A stretch of 63,078 nt of DNA, filler included, from 13 parts of 13 records of this genome joined end to end with filler, not necessarily neighbours in it; one strand, 5' to 3'; positions 36,608 through 48,100 are shown, counted from the whole stretch's first letter. Numbers and translations are program-made. The notes: generated from the sequence alone by a model not told the origin.

Positions 36608-39600
36608 GAGCCTGAGCCTGAGCCTGAGCCTGAATCAGCTCCGCCTAGGAGGTCGTTTGAGCTAACCCGGGATTCCGAATTGAACACTGAAGGGACGGCA
36701 GCAGCTACCTCCACGGGCAGCAGGGATGCCGGCGCGGGGTCGACGAACAAACGTCCGAGTAAGACACCTAATGATCGTAGTGCTGACGACGATGAAGAAG
36801 ACGAGGATGATGAGTTGCGAGTCTTGACTTTCAAGCTTGGGCTGCTGTGTAGCGGTGTTGGAGCCTGGCTTGCTGTGCTTGGCTGTCGGTGCATTTGGAC
36901 TGTACCTGAGGACACTCTAGGTATGCTCTCGACCAACGATACTGCGTTCTCGGACCGCTTCAGCGGCCTGTCTGGGCATATGGATGACCTCTCCGTGGCA
37001 GTTTCTGAACGAGTCGCGGGCGGGTGTCCACGCAACCGCGGCGTCATTCTCACGGTCGTCGGCATGTCGTCACTATTCATTGGCTTGCTTAGCCTGTTTA
37101 GTAAATCTGCACTGTCAGGCCTGCAAGTCTGGCAAAGCTTTGCTGGCGTTACCTTTTCCTTCGGAATGATTCTAATGATTGTGGGCAATGCCTGCACGGA
37201 GGATGGGACTGATTGGAGCTCCAACTGGACCAGCCTGGGAACCAATTTTGATCAGCCCACTCGCAGTGGCTGTGATGGTTTTGATGCCGCCATCATGCTG
37301 CTAGTAGGTGGAGCTTTGTTGACACTATCGTTGGTGCCAACTACCGTTGTTCATCTCGACCGACGGTATGCGCCTATCGTCCGGCAGGGGCAGTTTCTTG
37401 TCGGCGCGTTTCTATTTTCTGTAGGCTTCATTGTCGCCCAGTTCGGTCTTGCATGCGCGAGAAACGAACTGTGGACAGTTGAAGACTGCCCTCGCCGCGG
37501 ACATTGGAACACATCTGTCAAACTTCTTGTCTGGGGCTGGATGTCAGTTGCGATCGGCGCTTTCGTCATGAGTACGTGTATGTTTCCGTCTTTTTACGTA
37601 AAGATTTTGGGTCGATATGAAGACGTCATCAAGCTAACATCATGGCAGCCGAGATTTTCCATGTATGCTGGCTCTTGTGCTTTGGTACTCGGCATCCTCT
37701 TCGCATCGTTCGGTGGGGCATGTCTGGACAATACGCTGTTTTCCGATTGCCACGCGAACCATCTCAGTTCAGGTGTGGTCTTTGTATCTTCGGGTCCATC
37801 AATGTTTGTATTCGGGCTGTTCACTGTGGTAATGGCAATGGACTGGCGATGGACTGAACTCGATGGTGACACCAAGGCAGACAATGAGCCCTCGGCAGCC
37901 CACAAGGAGCCGGAGCCGGAGCCGGGGTTGGAGCCTGGGGAGCCGGGCGGAGGGCCTGTCCTCAACCCGATGAGAACTGCGTCGGCACTTTCCACGGAGG
38001 CAGACCATCAGTCTCCCACACGCGCGGCCGGTCTGCAGTGGGTGCCTGAATCTTCGAAATTGAGATGGCGATTAGGCTTTCTGCTTGGTCTAATTGGAGC
38101 CGTGTTAAATATTGTCGGCATCTCGTGCATAAAGCATTCGCTGTTCTTTTCAACGTCTGGAATCAACCACTCACTGAACGGCACGTTTTTATCCGATGCT
38201 GACATTCCAGCTGAGCTCGCTGAGCACTTGGAATTTGACGAAGGATGCGAGCGGTACAAAGGAGTGATCATGGTTGTCGTTGGTTCGTCGTCGCTGTTTG
38301 TTGGCATTTTATTTTACCTGTGTGAAACAGCGTTCAAAATCGCAGATGTGTTCCTGTACTTCACCAGGGATGCTTTTATTTTTGGCTTCACGCTAATCCT
38401 GGTCGGTTCAGTCTGCATGGATACGGCGGAGTGCAAACGTTGCCCACGTGTGGAACCAGCTGGATTCAACTGGAGCGACGGTGTCGTCATGGTATTTGTC
38501 GGCCTGTGGCTGGCAGTGGCTATGTCAGGCATTCCATACATATGGTACATGCTGTGGAAGTACTACCCGGAGACAGTGAGACAGCGTGCCTTTCAAATTG
38601 GCGCTGGCATATGGCTGGTTGGAATCGTCCTGTTCGTTCCTGGCGTGCTCTGCCAATCCGACAACTTGTACGGAGTAGATGGGTGTCAGACCAAAGGGCG
38701 GTTGTGGAACCACAAATGGAGCCACTCAGTGAAGCTGCTCTTCTGTGGTTTCATGTGCATGCTGATCGGTACGTTCATGATGAGCACCAAAATGTTTCCG
38801 GGGTTCTATGAGAAGCTTGTGGCGCGAATCAAGCAACTGAAGACGCAGATTCCAATCATTCTGGGTCTATTCTGCCTTGCAGCTGGCGTAATCATCGCGT
38901 CAGTTGGTGGTGCCTGCCTTGACAACACGCTCGTCTTCGTTGACGACTGCTTTGGCGACCATTTGGCCGCGGGCACAACGCTTGTCACTGTTGGGCCGGC
39001 GATGTTTGCGTTCGGAATGCTATTTGTCATGGTAGCATGCGACTGGCAATACGACTTCGACGTGCTGCCGTTGTTGTCATCATCAGCGACTGCAGACGGT
39101 GAAAAATCCCGACTTATTGATGGGCCGACCATCATCAAACCAACTTCGTCTGGTATAGAGCCCGAGCCTGAACCCGAGCCTGAGCAAGAGCAACTCAATC
39201 CATATGCAAAACAGCAACTAGTCAAAGGAACGGAGAAATCGGACCAGTCCAAGGGCAAAACTCAGAAGATTACAGCGCAGAAAAACGTGCAGCCAGCACA
39301 AAAAGGTGGTCTAGCTCAGTACTTGGCACCTTCGTTTTTCGCTGATTTTTCCGGTGGCATTAGTCTTCGGCAGAGCCCTCGCTTTGTGCTGGGAGCAGGT
39401 CTAATTTTCTTGGGCGTCATGCTGTCGTATTTTGGTGGCTCTTGCATCAACCAGTCGCAGCTTGCTCCAGAGTGCCAGAGACACAAGGGAATTATCATGG
39501 TAACAGATGGTGCTTCGGCTCTGTACGTTGGGATTGTGTTTGCTGGATCTGCGTTTTCGCGCACCCACGTGCAGCTGCTATCAGTGATCGCCGCCAACAC

Positions 39601-42600
39601 CTTCTGTTTTGGGTTCACACTGTGGATCGTTGGTGCATTGTGCATGGGCAACGCTTTCGAAACGCACGATGGACCGGGTGGCTGCAGTCTTGATGACGGC
39701 ATCTTAATGGTTCTCGTCGGTTTCCCACTGGTGTTTTTTGCTGTTTTTGTCGCTGTCGGCTGCGCTGTCCCAAGTTTTTATGGTGATTTTGTCTCACGAC
39801 TGTTCTCGCTACGACATAGGTGGCAGACGAAGGGTGGGTTGGCGTTTATCTTTCTGGGGATTCTCTGTGTTTGCGGTGGATTTGTGATGGGACTACAGGA
39901 AGGTCACGCATACCTCGCGATGGGCTTTTCGTTTGTAGTCACTGGTGCGTGTGTGTGGGTAATCGTAGCAGACTGGAATTGGGAAGGTGAGAACGGCAGG
40001 GAGATCCCGGACGAGGTACGCTACAATGATCTGGAGATACCAGAGTGGTCGGCACGCCCAGGAGCGCCATCATTCTTTACTGGTTGGAATCAGAAAGTAA
40101 CCATGTTTCACCGCCCACGGTTCTGCTTTGGTTTAGTGGTGATTTTCCTCGGCCTGATATTGGCTGGGGGCGGCGGAAAGTGCATCAACAACACCCTTCC
40201 AGGGATTGCTGAGTGCCCACGGTTTCACGGCATAGTTTATGTCACAGTTGGGACAGTGGCACTTTTCATGGGCATTTTGACAACGATGTCAACGTTCGCG
40301 AATGACATGTCACACCCGACAGCACTCGTGTTTCTGGAGTTCGTGTTGTTCGGGGCTGTGCTGTCAGGGATCGGGTTGGCCTGCTTCACGGACAACCTGT
40401 GGGGCGTCGAGCGTGATGCGCCTGCTGGATGCGATCGGCACGACGGCGCAGTAATGACGTTCACTGGGGGAGGTCTTGTGCTGTTCGTGGTTGTATCTGT
40501 TGGCCTGATGTTCGCGCAGGCAAACTTCCCCGATATTGTGATGCAGAAAAAGTGGTTCTTGGGTTTCACCATCTGGACAGTGGGGACCGTGCTGTCTTCC
40601 TTCGGTTTCGCTTGCGCGACCAACAATCTGTATGGTTACGAAGAATGCGACCGTAAGCGCAAATGGAGTGCTGCCGCGCAGCTGCTTGCGAGTGGATGGT
40701 CTGCCTTCGCGATCGGTGCCATCTCTATGAGTGTAGCGATCTTCCCGGCGTTCTACGAGCGAATTTATGATCGTGTGATGGCTGTCCGGAAACACTGTGG
40801 GCTTTGGTTTGGCGCGATTCTGTTCAACATAGGTTGGGTGGTTGCAGGGATCGGAGGCGCTTGTCTAGACGACACGATGGTCGGAATGAGAGACTGTCAA
40901 GATCTTGGGAAGCTGCTGCTGGTCGTTGGACCGATGCTTTGGGCAATTGGATTATGTATGGTCGTGCTGACCTGCGACTGGGAGTGGCCAGAGGACATTG
41001 CAGCTTTGAATCCGGAACACTTTGGCGAGTGTTCGGTGGACAAGGACTTAGACAGCAAGAAGTCTGGAAGCGAACAAGGATCTGATGCCCCGGAACCGCC
41101 ACCTCGACCTGCTCCGCCGGTTCCACCACGCCCTGGAGGTGCACCATCCAGGCCCGCGACTGACGACATTGAGGGAGTCCATATGGGAGGCGACATGAAC
41201 CCTCTCGCTAGGTCTACCTCTAGCGATATATTGCCTGTTCAGTCTGGGAGCGTGCAGCCTGCCATTAATAAGACTGCACCGCTACGCAAGGACACATGCG
41301 AGCTTGGAGTAGAGGTGCTTATGCTAGAAGAACCGAAAGTCCGTGGGATTGTGCTAAAAAAGGCACGCAAACACGTACAGGTCAACCTTTCCAGGAGTGG
41401 TGGACCGAGGGCAACGTTTATTCGTTACGAGAAGTTGAGGCTCGCGCCGTCCAATGGTGAACTCAAGCGTCGTGACAGGGGGCGGTTCTGGAAGAGGCAC
41501 ACCTTGTGGTTAGGGCTGGCGTTTTTGGCCAGCGCTTACACGATGCTCCGGCTCGGTGTTGACTGCTTGCTCTCCGTCGGCTGGATGGCAGATGTGTCCA
41601 ACGGCGACTGTCCGTTTCATCGTGGAGTGCTACTTTCGTGCAATGGCCTGACATCGCTGTATGTTGGGGTAATTCTTTTCGCACTGACGTTTGTTCGCAA
41701 GCCACGCAAGGTCTGGCTGGTGATTCTGCTGGATACCGTTTTGATTGGTTTGTTTATTATCGCAATCGGCATAGGCTGCTCAATGAACAAAGCTCCATTC
41801 GTACCACTAATCTGCGAGCATAGAAAGGAGGGCATTCTCATCATCGTCGGCGGATCCGCTGTCGCTGTGGTGGCACTGTTTCCGGCCGTGACTTTGAGCT
41901 GCCAGGCCTTCGTCCCCAAGGCTCCGCAGTACGGCACGGCGGTGAAGTACTTCTGGTTTGGCAGCATCGTTTCAATGCTCTCTTTCATCGCCGCGGTGTT
42001 CGGACAGATGTGTGAGGCCAATGCCCTCAAAGTGATCGGCCTCAGATCTTGCCCTCGCACAGAGACGCTCGGCCCGTGGAGCCCGGCGATGAAACTGATG
42101 TACTGGGGAGCGCTTGCGTTCGTGTTGTCGATAGGCCTATTTATTTTCTCATTCTTCGAGCGTGCCGTTGATGCATCTCGTGACTTTGCCAAGGCGAACA
42201 AGGTCTTGATGCTAGGTTTGGTAATGCTGCTGGCTGCCACTGTTTGGGGCATACTCGGAGTGCACTGCGCTGCCGACTACCTTCTAGGAGTACCGGACTG
42301 CCCGTCGGTGTACGATACAGATGGAATGCTCATATTTGGCACCACTGGCAGCCTGTCCGGGTTGCTGGTCATCATAGTTGGCTGGTACAAGCGAAAAGGC
42401 CTCGACAAGGATCTTTTCACTTCGATCATCTGGGTGCTGACATTTATCCTGGCGTTGGTTGGGGGGCTTGGCACCTTGATAGGGGCCGCCTGCTTGAACG
42501 AAACGAAGATCTGGTTGTCAGGCAGCTGCAAGGACGGGTGGGGTACTGTAGGCTTCCCGGTTGGAAGAAACATTCTGTTGCTGGCTATCTTGATGCTGCT

Positions 42601-44389
42601 GTGCAACACATACTTCCATCGTCGCGACACTTTCCGCCTTACTCCGCAGATAAGCGAGATCTTGAACTCTACAAATACACCAGGCATGATTTGGTACGGC
42701 CTAGCGATCGTGCTCGGTGCATTCTCGTTTGCCGTGGGTGCTCCCTGTCTGGCAGGCAAGCTCGTGCATTATCCTGACTGTCCAGAGGGTGTCGGTGCAA
42801 TGATGACTGCAGCGGGAGCCTGCCTCTTCTGCTCGAGCCTCGCCATATTCTTCTTGCGCACGGTTGACGCAAGGAGTCGAGAGCGCATTGAAAAACGTGC
42901 AACAGACCCGAATGCAGAGTGGAAGCGCTACTGTGCAAATCCAGACTGCATTCCACGCAACGGGTTGACAGTTTGGCAGAAGCCTCAGGTAGGCGTGGGG
43001 CGGCATAAAGGGAAACTGCCGCTGGGGGAGGAGGTGGCAGGCTGTTTGGTCGGCCTGTCAGCCAAATCTACAACAAAGTGGTTGCGCATCGTGTATCCGG
43101 TCGGGTCTGCTGAGGCCGGCTGGGTGCTAGCCATAGTCGGTGAAACGCAGTATGTGCTACCAGTGAAGGCCTCAGATGGTCAGGACGAGATCGTTGCAAT
43201 GCCCGATGCGCTCGACACAGAGGCGGCACTACGCCAGGCCGAGGCCTTTCGGCAGGAGCAGCTGGAAAAGAAGGGTTTATTGGAGCAGCAGCTTCACACG
43301 ATTCGTGATTTGTTGACACGCGAAGGTGGTGAGAGTATTGTTGAAATGCGTCGAAAACTCGAGAGATTCCAGTCTGCACAGAGTGCCGTGCACTCGGTTG
43401 CACCTGCGGCAGGGCAGAACAACGATGCGCTGCAGCAGAAACTCGACGCACTGATACGGCAGCACGCAGAGGCAGAAGCCGAGGCGGCACGAATGCGCAC
43501 TTCTGTTGCTGAGGTCACGCGCGCGCTCAGACAAGAATCCAATGCTCGCAATGAGCTTTACCAGCGGGCTGCTGTTCTGCAGGCCCGTAAGTCCGCCTCC
43601 GAGGCCACACTGCAACAGATGGATGCTGAGGTCGACCGCGCGCGGGAAGATGTCTCGTCTAAGTTCCTCGACCAGGCCGTGGCAGAGGGTTGGATTCGCT
43701 CGGGTGATCAGGCCAGAAGCGCAGAGCTGATCGCGGAGAGTAGGTTGATGCTGAAGCTAGGACAGGAGAATGCCCGGCTGGCGGCGGCAGCGGAGCGTGA
43801 ACGGAACCGGCATGCTGAGACGCAAGCTGGCATTGAGTCCGCGCGACAGCTGATGCTGCATGGCGGGCGGCTGGAGGATCAGAATGCACAACTACAGCAG
43901 GCGTTAGAGGCGGCCCGAGAAGAGGAGCGCCAGCAAGTGCAGCAGATGGAGTGGCTACGGCTCAGCGCGGCCGACGACAGCGAAGATGATGTCAGCGATG
44001 ACAGCGAAGGAAGTGATGAGGACCTACAGCACCATCACCATCGCCACGACCACTATCGTCGTGGCATCACGTCTGGCCTTGACAGCAGCGACAGCGATGA
44101 TGACGATGGTAGCAGTGACGGCAGCGGCAGCGACGGCGAAAGTTACTCGTCTGGATCATCACTGGACGATCTCATTTTGCCTCCGCCCCCACCGCCACCT
44201 CGCCCCGGCGTCGTGGGCAGTGCTCCCGGCGAAGTGTCCCCTGTGACACGAGAGGCGCTCGATGACCTGGAGCAGCTGGTCGTCGGCCCGGGGGAAGCAG
44301 CTGCAGCCCCGGTCGTGTCGCCAGGCACAAGGAGAGTGGAGCAAGAGCTGGCTGCGCTAGACGATATCACGATCGCGACGGCTGATTGA
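36608..44389 (+). CDS. Giant polytopic membrane protein (about 40 TM, five internal repeat blocks) with SH3-like, coiled-coil and acidic C-terminal regions; 5' truncated
   Basis: Uninterrupted 7.8-kb ORF open from the contig edge (EPEPEPEPES...). Repeated hydrophobic hairpins with paired Cys; blocks end in DW(R/Q/N/E)(W/Y). Confidence 0.9.
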   Translation, partial: EPEPEPEPESAPPRRSFELTRDSELNTEGTAAATSTGSRDAGAGSTNKRPSKTPNDRSADDDEEDEDDELRVLTFKLGLLCSGVGAWLAVLGCRCIWTVPEDTLGMLSTNDTAFSDRFSGLSGHMDDLSVAVSERVAGGCPRNRGVILTVVGMSSLFIGLLSLFSKSALSGLQVWQSFAGVTFSFGMILMIVGNACTEDGTDWSSNWTSLGTNFDQPTRSGCDGFDAAIMLLVGGALLTLSLVPTTVVHLDRRYAPIVRQGQFLVGAFLFSVGFIVAQFGLACARNELWTVEDCPRRGHWNTSVKLLVWGWMSVAIGAFVMSTCMFPSFYVKILGRYEDVIKLTSWQPRFSMYAGSCALVLGILFASFGGACLDNTLFSDCHANHLSSGVVFVSSGPSMFVFGLFTVVMAMDWRWTELDGDTKADNEPSAAHKEPEPEPGLEPGEPGGGPVLNPMRTASALSTEADHQSPTRAAGLQWVPESSKLRWRLGFLLGLIGAVLNIVGISCIKHSLFFSTSGINHSLNGTFLSDADIPAELAEHLEFDEGCERYKGVIMVVVGSSSLFVGILFYLCETAFKIADVFLYFTRDAFIFGFTLILVGSVCMDTAECKRCPRVEPAGFNWSDGVVMVFVGLWLAVAMSGIPYIWYMLWKYYPETVRQRAFQIGAGIWLVGIVLFVPGVLCQSDNLYGVDGCQTKGRLWNHKWSHSVKLLFCGFMCMLIGTFMMSTKMFPGFYEKLVARIKQLKTQIPIILGLFCLAAGVIIASVGGACLDNTLVFVDDCFGDHLAAGTTLVTVGPAMFAFGMLFVMVACDWQYDFDVLPLLSSSATADGEKSRLIDGPTIIKPTSSGIEPEPEPEPEQEQLNPYAKQQLVKGTEKSDQSKGKTQKITAQKNVQPAQKGGLAQYLAPSFFADFSGGISLRQSPRFVLGAGLIFLGVMLSYFGGSCINQSQLAPECQRHKGIIMVTDGASALYVGIVFAGSAFSRTHVQLLSVIAANTFCFGFTLWIVGALCMGNAFETHDGPGGCSLDDGILMVLVGFPLVFFAVFVAVGCAVPSFYGDFVSRLFSLRHRWQTKGGLAFIFLGILCVCGGFVMGLQEGHAYLAMGFSFVVTGACVWVIVADWNWEGENGREIPDEVRYNDLEIPEWSARPGAPSFFTGWNQKVTMFHRPRFCFGLVVIFLGLILAGGGGKCINNTLPGIAECPRFHGIVYVTVGTVALFMGILTTMSTFANDMSHPTALVFLEFVLFGAVLSGIGLACFTDNLWGVERDAPAGCDRHDGAVMTFTGGGLVLFVVVSVGLMFAQANFPDIVMQKKWFLGFTIWTVGTVLSSFGFACATNNLYGYEECDRKRKWSAAAQLLASGWSAFAIGAISMSVAIFPAFYERIYDRVMAVRKHCGLWFGAILFNIGWVVAGIGGACLDDTMVGMRDCQDLGKLLLVVGPMLWAIGLCMVVLTCDWEWPEDIAALNPEHFGECSVDKDLDSKKSGSEQGSDAPEPPPRPAPPVPPRPGGAPSRPATDDIEGVHMGGDMNPLARSTSSDILPVQSGSVQPAINKTAPLRKDTCELGVEVLMLEEPKVRGIVLKKARKHVQVNLSRSGGPRATFIRYEKLRLAPSNGELKRRDRGRFWKRHTLWLGLAFLASAYTMLRLGVDCLLSVGWMADVSNGDCPFHRGVLLSCNGLTSLYVGVILFALTFVRKPRKVWLVILLDTVLIGLFIIAIGIGCSMNKAPFVPLICEHRKEGILIIVGGSAVAVVALFPAVTLSCQAFVPKAPQYGTAVKYFWFGSIVSMLSFIAAVFGQMCEANALKVIGLRSCPRTETLGPWSPAMKLMYWGALAFVLSIGLFIFSFFERAVDASRDFAKANKVLMLGLVMLLAATVWGILGVHCAADYLLGVPDCPSVYDTDGMLIFGTTGSLSGLLVIIVGWYKRKGLDKDLFTSIIWVLTFILALVGGLGTLIGAACLNETKIWLSGSCKDGWGTVGFPVGRNILLLAILMLLCNTYFHRRDTFRLTPQISEILNSTNTPGMIWYGLAIVLGAFSFAVGAPCLAGKLVHYPDCPEGVGAMMTAAGACLFCSSLAIFFLRTVDARSRERIEKRATDPNAEWKRYCANPDCIPRNGLTVWQKPQVGVGRHKGKLPLGEEVAGCLVGLSAKSTTKWLRIVYPVGSAEAGWVLAIVGETQYVLPVKASDGQDEIVAMPDALDTEAALRQAEAFRQEQLEKKGLLEQQLHTIRDLLTREGGESIVEMRRKLERFQSAQSAVHSVAPAAGQNNDALQQKLDALIRQHAEAEAEAARMRTSVAEVTRALRQESNARNELYQRAAVLQARKSASEATLQQMDAEVDRAREDVSSKFLDQAVAEGWIRSGDQARSAELIAESRLMLKLGQENARLAAAAERERNRHAETQAGIESARQLMLHGGRLEDQNAQLQQALEAAREEERQQVQQMEWLRLSAADDSEDDVSDDSEGSDEDLQHHHHRHDHYRRGITSGLDSSDSDDDDGSSDGSGSDGESYSSGSSLDDLILPPPPPPPRPGVVGSAPGEVSPVTREALDDLEQLVVGPGEAAAAPVVSPGTRRVEQELAALDDITIATAD

Positions 44390-44686
44390 GTGGCGAAATG
44401 CTTGTATTGGCTCCCTAAACATCTTTTGCAACGTTCGCCAAACCATTGGCTCAAACTTTCGTTTCTCGTGGCTCGCGCTAGTGCGACTATTATAGACCCC
44501 AGGGGTGGGGCGGTAACCCGAGGCGCTTTCGCCTGCATTTCATCTTCATTTGCAATTCCGATTAGATATCGGGGGTCCACCGTCCACGGGACCAGCGATG
44601 GGGTTGCAGTAGGGGAGTGACGTGCACGAGTGAGATCTCAGGTTAGTGAGTGCATGCATTCCGGCGTGCGGCGCGTGGGTGATGTT

Positions 44687-44703
44687 CACACCGGGCATAA
44701 GGC
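44687..44703. repeat. Half copy of the palindromic dispersed element
   Basis: cacaccgggcataaggc matches the left arm at 32976-32990. Confidence 0.6.
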
Positions 44704-45016
44704 TGTCTGGCCGTCATCGGCACTTGGTGCACACAGTGGTAGTCAATTGACCCACCACGCGGTGGAACTAAGGAGGAACAGACTTCCTTTTGCAAATCGA
44801 TGGATTGCAGAGGAGCCAAATTTACAGAATTGTGTTTCTTCCCTTTTTTTTTAAAAAGTACAGCTGTATCGGTCCGGCGCTTGTATATTCTATATTCATA
44901 CCGGGTATGGGACGAGGCTCTGGGCCACAGTGTCGAGTGTGACTGTGATGAGTGTGCCCAGGTACCGGTACATGTAGGTTGCATTCGCTTGGACCATGGA
45001 GAACTCACTGAGAAAT

Positions 45017-45116
45017 NNNNNNNNNNNNNNNNNNNNNNNNNNNNNNNNNNNNNNNNNNNNTTAATTAATTAANNNNNNNNNNNNNNNNNNNNNNNNNNNN
45101 NNNNNNNNNNNNNNNN
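45017..45116. other. Artificial contig-joining spacer
   Basis: N44-TTAATTAATTAA-N44. Confidence 0.99.
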
Positions 45117-48100
45117 TGGGCGGGCGAGCACTGCGAAACACAGGTGAACGAGTGCGCATCCTCCCCGTGCCAGAATGATGCTGCCTGTGAAGATGGAGTA
45201 AATACGTACGCGTGTGACTGTCGGAATGGTTGGGTTGGCAACAATTGTGACCTGCCGGTGAACAATTGCCTGGCTGGCGAAGATAATTGTGACCTTGATC
45301 ACGGTGAATGCATCTCTACGGGGCCGGGTACTCACACATGCGAGTGCAATAGAGGGTGGGAGCGCCAAGGGGCGCGGAGACTGCAAGCGGCGCGACGTCA
45401 AACATGTACACAGATTGATGAGTGCCGATCGTCCCCGTGCCAAAACACAGGGCGTTGCACGGATGCGCTACTCAGTTACACCTGCACCTGCCCGCAAGGA
45501 ATTATAGGTGAGAACTGTGAAATGGACATCGATGAGTGTGCATCGGCACCATGTCTCAACTCTGGCCACTGTGCAGATCACGTGGGCACATACTCTTGTC
45601 GTTGCGCGCAAGGTTACGAAGGTGACAACTGCGACATCGATGTCGATGAATGCGCCGGTAGAGACAACCATTGCGATAACGGTGGAGCCTGCGTAGATGA
45701 ACAAAACTCCTTCAGGTGCACGTGCCGCGCAGGTTACACAGGATACGTGTGCGAGACGGAAATCAACGAGTGTCTTAGCAGGCCATGTCAATATGGCGGA
45801 TTTTGCACAGATGGTCTTGACGAGTACACATGCGCTTGCAATACTGCTTACAGCGGCGAAAACTGCGCCACGCCTGTTGGTGTGTATAACTGCACGGACA
45901 GCGGCTGCACTCTTGTCGGTGGTGAAAAGCCACCAGATGCACCAACAGATGGTAATATTGCGTGTGAGCAAATGGTCAGTGGCTCAACTGTTGGCATGCT
46001 AAGCAGGGTTGGAAACGATGCTGGTGACTACGTACTTGCTTTCTCCGTTCCAGTGGGCACGTTTTCGCTTCAATTTGATACATGTTCGAGCACTTTCGAC
46101 ACAATGCTGCGCATTATGACGACAGACCTTGGGACAGAACTTCAGTCGTGCGATGATTGTGGCCCTTGTAGCTCCCAGGCAGTTTTGGATACAATTATGA
46201 CATGTACAACGCCCACAGAAGACGACCACGAGTGTCACTATGTGTTGCTTCTTGAGGGATATCGCGCCGAAGAGGGGGATTTTGTACTGACTATGCACTG
46301 CAACCAGCCACATGGACTGGATGGAGCCATTGCATGTGATGAGACTGTCACTGGTAGCACGATCGGAGGAGCCAATGGTCTAGGTACAGGGTCTTCTGAT
46401 CATTACTATAGCTTCAGCGTTCCAGTCGACTGCGCGGTGCAGTTTGACAGCTGCGCGTCGACTTTCAATACGTTTTTGCGCATTTACTCGCCAGACCTTA
46501 TAGATGAGCTCCACGGGTGCGACGACTGTGGTGACTGTGGAACTCGGACGGTGCTGGATGCACAGCTCCGTGCAGGCGACTACATCTTGGTCGTGGAAGG
46601 CTACAGAAGCGATGAAGGTGACTATAGCGTGACCATGAATTGTCCGCATGCAGGAGAATATATTGATGGAACAATCGCGTGTGGAGACACCGTGCAAGGC
46701 AGTACGATTGCAGCCGGGTGGTCCCTCGTTGGAAACGATGCATCGGAGCACGTGTACACGTTTACACTTGAACGGGGAATGAATCTAGTGCAGTTCGATT
46801 CGTGCGAGAGTCAATTCGATACGTATCTGCGGATCATGACCACAGACCTTAGCACACAGATTGAGGGCTGCGATGATTGCGGTCAGTGTGGCTCGCAGAC
46901 TATACTTGACGCCCAGCTCCGCTGTGAAGAGGCTTTCTGTGAGTATGCCCTCGTCGTGGAAGGATTCGAGCAGCTGGAAGGAACATACTCTGTGACGATG
47001 CACTGCGACGATCCAAGTCAAATGGAAGGACCCATTGCTTGCGAACAAACAGTTATTGGTGACACCACTGCCCGAGATGGATTCTTGAACGGTGCTGACC
47101 ACTTCTACACGTTTGTTCTTGACGAAGAAAGCATAATTCAATTTGATTCGTGTCAGTCTAGCTACGACACATATTTGCGGATATTTTCTCCTGATCTCTC
47201 CGAGGAGTTGCATGCATGCGATGACTGCGGTGCGTGTGGCACACGAAGTATACTGGATGTGTCACTTCCATCGGGAAATTACATTCTTGTCATCGGGGGC
47301 TGGGAGTCAAACGCTGGTGAGTATTCTGTGACCATGCGTTGTCCTCGGTCACGAGCAGGATTTGTGGATGGCGCCATAAGCTGTGATCAGACTGTTGTTG
47401 GATCCACAGTTTCGGTTCGCAGCCACACTGGTGAAGGTGCTGGAGATCACATTTACCAATTCACAACGAACGAAACGGCCGCTGTACATTTCGATAGTTG
47501 TGCTTCGGACTACGATACGTACTTACGCGTCATGTCACCTGATCTGCTGACAGAATTCGCAGGTTGCGATGATTGTGGCCCTTGCGGCAGTCAAACTGTG
47601 CTAGACGCCGAGCTTGTGTGCGACCAAGCGCAGTGCAATTACGTTCTGGTAGTTGAGGGCGCGGGTTCCTCCGAAGGCTCCTATTCTGTTACCATGACAT
47701 GCGATTCAATTGATGACATCGAAGGAACTATTTCGTGTGGCGATACAGTGACTGGCAATACTGTCGGTGCCTCGAACTCCATGAGCGCAGCCGGCTCACA
47801 TGGCGGTGATCACATGTATTCCTTCGCAGTTCTTGAGACATCAAATGTTCAGTTCAATTCATGTCAATCGGACTATGACACCTATCTACGAATCTTCTCG
47901 GCTGAGCTCACCGAAGAACTACATTCTTGTGATGATTGCGGAGACTGCGGCACACGCTCAGTTCTTGACGCTGGGTTGGAAGCAGGCGATTACATCCTTG
48001 TGGTTGAAGGATTCTCCGGAATGGAAGGTTCGTATGCCGTCCAAATGATTTGTGAGGCTAATGGCTTAGGTTTCCACGACGGTGATATTCTGTGTGATCA

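Noticed and set aside
36608-44389. Calling the giant membrane protein Piezo
   Set aside because: Only size and TM count are similar; no PFEW motif or Piezo cap/pore C-terminus is visible, and the C-terminus is coiled-coil and acidic.
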